A stretch of DNA of 42,942 nt, taken from the IMG/VR virus record IMGVR_UViG_3300045999_003241, positions 1 through 42,942 of that record. The stretch is one strand, 5' to 3'. The translations under genes and the position numbers were made by a program. The notes under the pieces are model-generated. The model searched no databases, was not told the DNA's origin, and worked only from the letters and a program-made list of their open reading frames with translations. This stretch comes from a virus. Lineage: Duplodnaviria; Caudoviricetes. Within the stretch, counting starts at the first letter, position 1, and each line of letters begins with the position of its first letter. Shown piece by piece: positions 26,056-35,000 of this stretch.

Positions 26056-28995
26056 ATGCCAATTAACGACCTTACAGCAGACACACCACAATCCAACGGC
26101 TTAATCAATCCAACACCGTCGAATAATGGCGCGACTGTTGGCGCTTCTACGTGGAATGTGACACCAGATCAAACGGTAGAAGGTCGGGTAGAAAGCATTA
26201 CCAAGAAAAATTCACCGTTAATGCAATTGGCAGAGACACGCGCAGCGCAAAAGATGAATGAGCGCGGTCTATTGAATAGCTCAATGGCGATCGGTGCGGG
26301 CCAAACTGCATTGTATGAAGCTGCCTTACCAATGGCACAGCAAGACGCGAATACCTTTGCGCGCGCGGGCGAGTTCAATACTAGCCAGAAAAATCAATTC
26401 GGACTGCAAGCGAATGACCAAGTGAATGCATTGGGTCGATTGGATAAGCAGCAAGGCTTTGATGTTGCCAAGATTGGGCTACAGCAAAACAATGACCTAG
26501 CGAAAATGGGTGTTCAGCAAGGTTATACGCAAGCAAACATGGCTACGCAACAGGGCTATGACGTTTCCAAGATGGGAATTGACCAGCAGAATATCCTTAA
26601 CCGTATGACGGTTACGCAGCAAAACGACTTAGCTAAACTCGCTACAAGTCAAGGCTACACGTTGCAGAACATGACAGCGCAGCAGATTAACGACCTGCAA
26701 AAGATGACTGTAGCGCAGGGATTTGACATCACTAAAATGGGATTAGAGCAGCAGAATATCCTTAGTCGGATGACTGTCGATCAGCAGAACAAAGTCGCAC
26801 AGATGGCGATTAGTCAGGGTTACGACTTGACTAAAATGAGCGCGCAACAGATTAACGATCTGGCAAAAATGGCTCAAGCTCAAACATTCGATCTAGCGAA
26901 GATGGGTGTCGATCAGCAAAATGTTCTCAGCCGTATGACTGTGGATCAGCAAAACAAAGTCGCGCAAATGGCTATCAGTCAAGGTTACAACTTGGAAACC
27001 TTGAGTGTTCAGCAAATCAATGACTTGGCGAAGATGACACAGGCCCAAGGATTTGACCTTACTAAGATGGGCGTTGAACAGCAGAACGTATTAAGCCGCA
27101 TGACCGCACAGCAGCAGAATGATGTTGCGAAGATGGCTGTCGCGCAAGGATATGACCTCACAAAAATGTCAGTCCAGCAAATCAACGACCTTGCAAAAAT
27201 GTCTCAGGCGCAGGCTTTCGACATTACGAAGATGGGCATTGACCAACAAAATGTGTTGGGTCGGATGACAGCGCAACAGCAGAACGACATTGCGAAGATG
27301 GCAGTCAGTCAAGGGTATGACTTGACGAAGATGAGCGTTCAACAGATCAACGACTTGGCTAAAATGAGTCAGGCACAGACGTTTGATATTGCCAAGATGG
27401 GATTGGAACAACAAAACATTCTAGGCAGAATGACTGTTGACCAACAAAACAAATTGGCGACGATGGCAGTAAGTCAAGGCTACGACTTAGCCAAGATGAC
27501 CGCACAGCAAATCAATGATCTATCGAAGATTGCAGTCACACAAGAGAATCAATTAAAGCTCTTAGGCGAACAATACAAGTTTGATGTCGCAAAAATGGGC
27601 GTTGATACTGCCAACACGTTAAGCAAGATGTCAGTACAGCAGCAACAAGACATTGCGAAAATGGCGATTAACCAAGGTTATGACATCGCCAAAATGTCAG
27701 TCGATCAGATCAACAAAGTCGCATTGACCAACCTGCAAAACGACAACCAGATCAAAACACTTGGCATTCAAAACGGCTTTGATGTCTCCAAGATGAATCT
27801 TGATACGGCATTGACCATTCAAAAAATGGGAGTGCAGCAACAGCAAGACTTAGTAAAACTGGCGACTTCTCAAGGGTACAACCTCGAAAGTATGTCTGTA
27901 GCGCAAGTCAATGACTTGGCTAAGCTCAATCTGCAAAGCGACAATCAATTGAAAACGCTCAGTGCGCAGTATGGCTTTGACGTAAAGAAAATGAGTCTTG
28001 ATACTGCTTTGACACTGCAAAAAATGGGTGCAGAGTATCAAAACGAAGTCGCAAAAATGGCAGTAAGTCAGGGCTACAACCTGCAAAACATGAGTGTCGA
28101 TCAAGTCAATAAAATGGCATTGACAGTGCTTCAAAGCGACAATCAACTCAAGGCATTAAGTGCGCAGTTCGGTTTCGATGTTCAGAAAATGAACGTTGAT
28201 ACAGGCTTAACGCTGCAAAAAATGTCTGCGCAACAGCAACAAGACATCGCTAAGATGGCGATCAATCAAGGCTACGACCTTACTAAAATCTCTGCGCAAC
28301 AGGTCAATGATCTAGCGAAGATGTCTCAGTCACAGGAATACACCGAGAAGAACGCAGCAACAGCGGCACAAGTTCAAAAGGAACGTGACCAAGTTGCGAT
28401 TCAAGCAGACAAGGATACCGCGGCGACATTAGCCAAAACAACGGCTGATCGTGATGCTTTTGCAGTCAATGCAGCCAAAGACACAGCGGCAAAACTGGCA
28501 GAGACGCAGCAGAAATACGCCGACGTGCAGATTGCAGCGAACAAGGCGAGTGCGTTATTTAGTGCCAATGTTCAATCTGAATTGGCGCAATTAAACAATG
28601 AAAACTCAGCAATCCTGAATAAATCGAATTACGCAGTCGGGGCAATGTCTAAATACAGCGATGCGCTCAATAACATCGCTATGAGCACCATGAGCCAAGA
28701 AGCGAAGAATCAAGCGCAGGCAAACGCTTTCACGGCTTATAAGGATCAATTGCGATTGGTTAGTTCGCTCGGCAACGTGCAAGACCTTTCTACTTTGCTG
28801 AACTTCTCGCCAACGGAAACGCCGCCTAGTGGTCCTACTGGCCCTTCTTTGGTCGCAACAAACGATGCGCCAACACAAGCGCCTAACGGCACGTTCACGA
28901 CAAATACACCAGACAAAGGATTGATCTACACGCCTTATGGTGGCGGCAGTACCAAAGGCTTAATCAATCCAGACTCACAAACCTATTACGCTTAA
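26056..28995 (+). CDS. Probable ejection/internal virion protein with 57 tandem 11-aa repeats
   Basis: N-terminal MNERGLLNSSMA...DA domain, Q/N/M-rich hendecads; position among ejection genes. Confidence 0.75.
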   Translation: MPINDLTADTPQSNGLINPTPSNNGATVGASTWNVTPDQTVEGRVESITKKNSPLMQLAETRAAQKMNERGLLNSSMAIGAGQTALYEAALPMAQQDANTFARAGEFNTSQKNQFGLQANDQVNALGRLDKQQGFDVAKIGLQQNNDLAKMGVQQGYTQANMATQQGYDVSKMGIDQQNILNRMTVTQQNDLAKLATSQGYTLQNMTAQQINDLQKMTVAQGFDITKMGLEQQNILSRMTVDQQNKVAQMAISQGYDLTKMSAQQINDLAKMAQAQTFDLAKMGVDQQNVLSRMTVDQQNKVAQMAISQGYNLETLSVQQINDLAKMTQAQGFDLTKMGVEQQNVLSRMTAQQQNDVAKMAVAQGYDLTKMSVQQINDLAKMSQAQAFDITKMGIDQQNVLGRMTAQQQNDIAKMAVSQGYDLTKMSVQQINDLAKMSQAQTFDIAKMGLEQQNILGRMTVDQQNKLATMAVSQGYDLAKMTAQQINDLSKIAVTQENQLKLLGEQYKFDVAKMGVDTANTLSKMSVQQQQDIAKMAINQGYDIAKMSVDQINKVALTNLQNDNQIKTLGIQNGFDVSKMNLDTALTIQKMGVQQQQDLVKLATSQGYNLESMSVAQVNDLAKLNLQSDNQLKTLSAQYGFDVKKMSLDTALTLQKMGAEYQNEVAKMAVSQGYNLQNMSVDQVNKMALTVLQSDNQLKALSAQFGFDVQKMNVDTGLTLQKMSAQQQQDIAKMAINQGYDLTKISAQQVNDLAKMSQSQEYTEKNAATAAQVQKERDQVAIQADKDTAATLAKTTADRDAFAVNAAKDTAAKLAETQQKYADVQIAANKASALFSANVQSELAQLNNENSAILNKSNYAVGAMSKYSDALNNIAMSTMSQEAKNQAQANAFTAYKDQLRLVSSLGNVQDLSTLLNFSPTETPPSGPTGPSLVATNDAPTQAPNGTFTTNTPDKGLIYTPYGGGSTKGLINPDSQTYYA
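26449..28329 (+). repeat. 57 x 33-nt coding repeat with 165-nt and 198-nt super-periods
   Basis: Units such as SQGYDLTKMSV / QQINDLAKMSQ, counted by hand with no indel in register. Confidence 0.9.
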
Positions 28996-29010
28996 AAAGG
29001 GAATTAAAAA

Positions 29011-29418
29011 ATGGCACAAGATAATTTGATGCAGGGCTTGAAGAACTTTCAACGACAGTTCCCGCAAGAAGCGCAAAAGGCAAAGATGGAAATCAAGCGC
29101 GTGATCGATGAAGGTGGCGCACCGTCCCCCGAAGAAATGCAAGAGATCGTCAAGATCATTGGTGAATTGCAGAAGAATCCCGCAGCTTGGGCAAGGTTAC
29201 GACCAGAACTAGAAGCCGCAGGTATGCCGCAGGAAATGCTTCCACCGCCGAACGCCACTAAGGAGCAATTAACAAAGATAATTGGGGTATTGATTATCAC
29301 TGTTTATCTCATTGGGCAGGGCCCAGATGAAGGCAACGAAGGCGCGGCACCACAAGAGCCAACAAGTCCAATGATGGCGCAACAGCCTCAAGGCTTAATT
29401 AATGCAGGGGGTATGTGA
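29011..29418 (+). CDS. Hypothetical virion/ejection-associated protein
   Basis: Helical with one hydrophobic segment; ends QQPQGLINAGGM. Confidence 0.7.
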   Translation: MAQDNLMQGLKNFQRQFPQEAQKAKMEIKRVIDEGGAPSPEEMQEIVKIIGELQKNPAAWARLRPELEAAGMPQEMLPPPNATKEQLTKIIGVLIITVYLIGQGPDEGNEGAAPQEPTSPMMAQQPQGLINAGGM

Positions 29419-30185
29419 TGGGGTTCTGGAAAAAACTAGGTAAGGTTATCGGTGTTGTAGTTGCTGTCGCGGCAGTGGTTTTTGCTGGTCCAGCAATTGC
29501 AGCAGTGGCAAGCACGATTGGCGCAACTAGCGCGGCAGGCATGGCGGTAGCAGGCGGCCTTTACGGGGCGGCGGCTGGCGCGGTGGCTGGTGGACTATGG
29601 ACCGGCAACTCTAAAGGCATGGTCAAAGGTGCTGCCATTGGCGGCTTAATCGGTGGCGCAGCGGGCGCGGTCGGTGTTGGATCATCGGGCGGCGCTTTTG
29701 GTTCTGGCATTGGTTCTAGTGGTGTTGCACCAGTTGCGGCTGGACCTGCACCAGTAGCAGCACCATCTACAACTGGATTAGCACCACCACCAGCAACGCC
29801 AACAGTAACGCCAACACCGCCAGTAACACCAGACGTAGTGAATCCATTAGTTAATGGTGGTGCAGGTGGTGCAGGTGGCAGCGGTGGCGCAGCAGTAAAG
29901 AATTTAACGGCACTAGAACAAGCGGCACAAACAGGCAAATACATGGCCTACGCCGAAGGCATCAAGCTAGTCGCTGGCGGTATCTCTGGTGCAGCAGCAT
30001 CGAAAGAACGTGCATCTGAACTTGAAGCCGCTAACGCTAAAGACGAAGAAAACAAAAAGAGCCGTGATTACCAGCCAATCTACAAATCAAACACGATATT
30101 TGCAGGCAAGAAGCAAGGCGACGAAACACGTAGAACATTCAATGAAAACGGCTTATTAAATCCAATGCAAACGAAGGGGGCGTAA
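29418..30185 (+). CDS. Membrane-inserting ejection protein (glycine-zipper; P22 gp7/T7 gp14-like role)
   Basis: GFWKKLGK followed by a TM segment and GxxxG zippers; TGATG coupling. Confidence 0.7.
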   Translation: MGFWKKLGKVIGVVVAVAAVVFAGPAIAAVASTIGATSAAGMAVAGGLYGAAAGAVAGGLWTGNSKGMVKGAAIGGLIGGAAGAVGVGSSGGAFGSGIGSSGVAPVAAGPAPVAAPSTTGLAPPPATPTVTPTPPVTPDVVNPLVNGGAGGAGGSGGAAVKNLTALEQAAQTGKYMAYAEGIKLVAGGISGAAASKERASELEAANAKDEENKKSRDYQPIYKSNTIFAGKKQGDETRRTFNENGLLNPMQTKGA

Positions 30186-30646
30186 TGAATCCTTTATTAA
30201 AGCAAGTCGTTGATAGTGTCGATCAGATTGCATCCGATCCAGCCGACAAAGAACAGTACGATCGTATTGTGTTGGCTGGTAAGAAAATCATGTTTGATAA
30301 GGCGACACACGACAAGATTTCATGGTTGCAAGATGCCGAAGATTTGTCTGTCTTGGTTAATGGCGTTTTCGATCTAATCACAATCATCACTGAATTAAGC
30401 GGCAATGCGGTTAAGCCCGATCCACTACACGGCGCAGCAGTAATTCTGGTTATGGAAGCATTAGACTTTGCATCGAGAGTAAATGAAATCGAAATTACAC
30501 CAGACGTTGCACAAGCCGCAGTACAGGCCATTGACGAAAAGATGAGTGAATTAAACCAAGGTGCGGCAAGTGCGCCAACGAGTGAGCCAATGCCACAAGC
30601 GCAGCCACAACAGCCGCAAGGTTTGATCGACAGTAAAGGAATGTAA
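30185..30646 (+). CDS. Hypothetical virion/ejection-associated protein
   Basis: TAATG coupling; ends QQPQGLIDSKGM. Confidence 0.7.
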   Translation: MNPLLKQVVDSVDQIASDPADKEQYDRIVLAGKKIMFDKATHDKISWLQDAEDLSVLVNGVFDLITIITELSGNAVKPDPLHGAAVILVMEALDFASRVNEIEITPDVAQAAVQAIDEKMSELNQGAASAPTSEPMPQAQPQQPQGLIDSKGM

Positions 30647-30648
30647 TC

Positions 30649-31989
30649 ATGGGTATTTTAGCTGGCTTTATTGGCGGTGCTGCACGGGCAACAGGTCAAA
30701 TAGCAGATCAACGCATTGCACGCTACACAGCCGAAGAAATCCAACGGCAGCGCGACTTGATGGATCAAGAACGCGAAAGACGCATTGAAGAAGCGCAGAT
30801 TGCACGCGAGGGCAGGGCGGTGGCTCAGCGTGACAAAGAGCGTACAGATACCGTTGCTCGTATTGATAATGAATCGCAGAACATCGCTAAAAAAACAGTT
30901 GATAGCGAGAGTGGATTGATCTACTCGAAACAACATCTGCTAGAGCAAACACCTGAATGGCAAGAACAAACAGATAAGGCATTAGAGCTAAAGCGCCAAT
31001 CAATCGCAAGCAATGCCGATACCAGGTTTCAAGCCGCTATCAATACGGGTGATATTTCTGCTAAAGATGCCCAAGTCTTATTGGATAGCAGAATGCGCAT
31101 AGAAGCCGCAGACAGACAGCAAGGCCTTGCAGCTAAAAACGCAGAAATGCGCGATGCGACTGAAAGATATAAGGCTGACTTAAAAGCAAAGTCGGATGAA
31201 GCGAAAGATGCGACAGCAAATAAGCGTCTTGAAGTAATGTTTTCTTCTATAAGTGGCGGCGGTAGCGGAGGAACTAAGGAGCTAATGGGGATTTTAAGAG
31301 AAACGCGAGGGTCATTAAATGACGAATCGAAGCGATTAAATGACCAAATGAGATCCGAGTTGGAAGATGCTAAGTATGACCCTGACGCAGCAGCAAGAAT
31401 CAAAGCTCAATACAAGCCGAAATTTGATGATTTAGAAAAGCAGCAAAAGAGAAATGCTGCGGATTTAGACTTTGCAAGAACGAAGTTTGGACTGCCAAAA
31501 GACGAGCCTGATTCTAGTGTGCAGTCTGGAGTTGCGGCACCATCGCCAAAAATGAACGGATGGGATTCCGACACTGGCGACGTCTATGCTGGCGGCAAGA
31601 AGATAGGCACAGCAAAAACAGTTGACGATGCGCGTAGTTTGTACTCGCAGGCGCAAAATTCTAGCCCACAGCCAGAAGCAAGGAAAGAAGTGCCATCGTC
31701 TAAAGGCTTGATACTTCCAAAGCAATCACTAGCAAATGTTCTTTCTGATGGGTCGTCGGATAAATCAGTTCTTGATCTTAATTCTAAAAATGCGCAAAGA
31801 ATACAGTTGGCAACAGATGAAGTTAAGCGCGCATCTGAGGTATTTGCAGCAGCATCAAAATCTGGCGATCCCAAAGTAATCTCGTCTTACAAAGATAAAT
31901 TGAATGAAGCAAAAAGAAACTTAGATTTACTTTTAAAAGACATGAGTCCACAGAAGCGGGACGCTGTTTATCAAATGACCGGAATGTAG
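30649..31989 (+). CDS. Coiled-coil ejection protein
   Basis: MGILAGFIGGA N-terminus and long charged helices; precedes the giant protein. Confidence 0.7.
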   Translation: MGILAGFIGGAARATGQIADQRIARYTAEEIQRQRDLMDQERERRIEEAQIAREGRAVAQRDKERTDTVARIDNESQNIAKKTVDSESGLIYSKQHLLEQTPEWQEQTDKALELKRQSIASNADTRFQAAINTGDISAKDAQVLLDSRMRIEAADRQQGLAAKNAEMRDATERYKADLKAKSDEAKDATANKRLEVMFSSISGGGSGGTKELMGILRETRGSLNDESKRLNDQMRSELEDAKYDPDAAARIKAQYKPKFDDLEKQQKRNAADLDFARTKFGLPKDEPDSSVQSGVAAPSPKMNGWDSDTGDVYAGGKKIGTAKTVDDARSLYSQAQNSSPQPEARKEVPSSKGLILPKQSLANVLSDGSSDKSVLDLNSKNAQRIQLATDEVKRASEVFAAASKSGDPKVISSYKDKLNEAKRNLDLLLKDMSPQKRDAVYQMTGM

Positions 31990-32022
31990 CAGCTAACCCC
32001 AATAGTACAAATAAAGGTAAAT

Positions 32023-35000
32023 ATGTCATTTATAGACTTTGATTCCCCAAAAAAACCGAAGGGCTTTATAGATTTTTCGCAGCCAATAGAGCCAAAGGCG
32101 GCGCCACAGAGCCGCAATGCTTTTGCGGTGGCTAACGATACCATTATTGAATTTGCCAATGCTGCTGCTAGTGTAGTTGGAGCAATTGGTGATTTTGTTT
32201 CTCCCGGCAACAGAGTATCTGAATCAATTAAAGAGTTCACGCAGTACGGCGAAGAAAAGCAAAGTGATATAGTAAAAGCAGGCAAGCAATCTTTTAGATC
32301 AAATCTTGAAGAATCTAATGGGATTAGTGATGATCTTTCCGCAGTATGGTCATATCTCAAAGAAAATCCTTTACAGGCCGCAGCACAGGCAGGCGGTAGT
32401 TTTGCCGGCCCAGGTCTTATCACATCAGGAACTAGGCTTGCACTTGGCGCGGCTGGAGCAACAGCTAAAGTTGCAACAAATACCGCTAGAGTCGCAGGTG
32501 TCGTAACTGGTGGCGCGGCTGGCGGCGGTGATGCTGCTGGTGATGCCTATTCTCTGGTTTCTCAAACTCCTGATAATATTTTATTGAAGAATAAAGAGGT
32601 TGCAGAGCTATATGCAAATGGTATGTCAATGGAGGACATACGGCATAAAGTAGCTACAACAGCAGCACGGCAAGCAAGTATATTGCCTGCGTTAGCTGGC
32701 GGTTTGTCCGGTGCATTTGGTGCTGAAAAGTTACTTGCTGGTTCTGCTGCAAAGCGCGGTATAGGTGCGGCACTTAAAGTTGGCGGTGTTGAGGGTGCAG
32801 GCGAAGCCTTTGAGGAAGGGTTAGCTCAATTTGAAGGGCAGCGCGCCGCACAAGAATACGACCCTTCCATAGTCCCAACAAAAAATGTAATGGCTATGGC
32901 TGCTATGGGCGGCATTATGGGCTTTGGTACGGGCGCAGGGATTCATGCGGCTACCAACAAGCCAGAAGAAAAGATTGAACCACCGAAAAACATCATGGAC
33001 CAAACCGACATTGATAGCGTTATCAATGCGGCAGAGAACAGCATAAACCAAGCGCCAATACAGCAAAGAGAGTCAACACCGATTGACGATCCAATGCGCT
33101 TAGAAGTTATCAATCAATTGCCTGAATCGGTGCGCGATACTGCTATTCGTGCGTATAACCTCATTATCGATGATGCGACACCAAAGGGATTAAAGAAGTT
33201 CAATCAAAGACTTCTTGACGATATTCTTGAGCAAGCTGCAAGTGAAATGCAGGCAACTACTGCGCCGATTGTTGAGTCAACGATTGAACCGCCAAAAGAG
33301 TTGGAACCGTTTGAGCAGATTAAGCAACTGCAATCAAAGGTTAGTGACCTTGAAGCCAATAATCCATTTGAGCAAGATCACATGGATTCGATCGCTGAAT
33401 TAGAAGCGGCAGTAGCGAATTTCACGCTATCAAAGATTGAGTCTGGCGAAATGCCGGTGTTCTCTAACAATGGCATTGTTACGGTAGTTACTCCATCTGC
33501 AAAGCAAGAAGGATTGTTTCAAGTTACCCGATACAACAAAAACGGGATATTTGGCGATACTGAATATGCGAGTATTGCGGAAGCAGTTGATAAAGAAGGA
33601 CTAGCTTACATTGCGCCATTGGGTAACGATGAAGCCAATACTGTATTGACTAAGGTATTAGATGCAGAGTCATCCTTTCAAAGCCGACTAGCTGAACAAA
33701 AGCAAGTTGAAAGCAATCGTGTATTGGCTGACATTGAAACAACTGATAATCGCGTGGCATTTGAGCAAGAGAAGTCACGGGTAAATCAGCGTAATGCAAT
33801 CATCGATTCAATCCTATCGAGTGATGCGGCTGTCGGTATGCGCCCTGCGCAAATCGCGGATATGGTCAAAGTCTCGATGGCTGAGCAAGGCTATGCAAAT
33901 CCAGTCTTGAACGATTCTGAGTTTGCACGAATCAAGCGATTTAATGACATTGCTAAAGCGGAACCAGTTGCAGAGACAATAGACGAATCGAATTTAGAAG
34001 GACAAGCACCGTCAAGCAATCTGTCTGAACTTGTACCAGAAAGAAAAATTGATTCAAGTAAATCCAATGTGATCGCCACGGCATTGCCTGCGGATTTGAT
34101 TAGTGCTGCGCAAGAGTCGGAAACCAATAAAGACTTTTGGAAGGCATTAACTGCTCGTAAAGTTCCATTGGGCGCCGAACGTAATGCACTAATGGCGGCT
34201 TACAAAGAACTGAAAAAGAACATTGAAGCAGCGCCTAGCAATCCTACTGTCACGAATGAAGCCGAGATTGCAAAGACTGTTGCACCTGAAAGCAAACAGG
34301 AAGTCGCGCCTACTGCAATTCCAGCTACAGTTACAGGCGTAACACCTACTGAAATTACTAAGTCGGCAATTCAAAACAGTGCGTCAAGCGTAACGGCTAC
34401 AGAGATACCAAACAGCGCGTCAACTATCAGCACGACTGCAATTCCAAAGACCGAGATTGCAAGCAGTGCAACGAGCATTGCGCCTACTACGATACCTGCC
34501 AGCGCATCAAGTGTTGCGCCTACAGCCATTCCAGAAACGACGATGCGCGACAATGGCACACTAAGCATAAAAGGCGAAACAAAAGCCCTGCAAACGCAAC
34601 TGAAAGAAGCGGGAATACCAAGTATTCCAAGCAATGACGGTGTGACTGTTGGCGCTAAGAATGTCGAGAAGGCGCAGGCGTTTATTGCGTCGATGGAAAC
34701 ATCATCAGATGACAATAGCAGCACTCCGAAGATTGAGGTTTATGAAGGAAAGGGGCTTATTAAAGGCAAGTACATGGCAAGTATTGATGGCGATACCGTA
34801 CCAAATGGCCCTTTTAATACGCAAATTGAAGCGCAAGACGCCGCCACAAATTGGATCGCATCAAAAGAAAAGGCATCACAAGCAAATAAGTTGGAGAGGG
34901 AATTAAAAGATTCTTACATTACAGCTTTGCGCAATGGCGAAAGTCTGAACAGCAAACAGATTGAATCGTTAAATCTGCGTGATGGCTATAGTGATATGCG

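Noticed and set aside
26449-28329. 33-nt periodic repeats as a CRISPR array
   Set aside because: No constant repeat/unique spacer alternation; the variation is synonymous within an open frame; no cas genes.
31971-32423. Minus-strand 150-aa ORF and the many similar antisense ORFs
   Set aside because: Antisense shadows of well-supported genes, with no recognisable motif.
34649-34906. +1-frame 85-aa ORF in the giant gene
   Set aside because: Arg/Leu/Met-rich shadow composition, poor SD spacing, and the main frame looks folded here.
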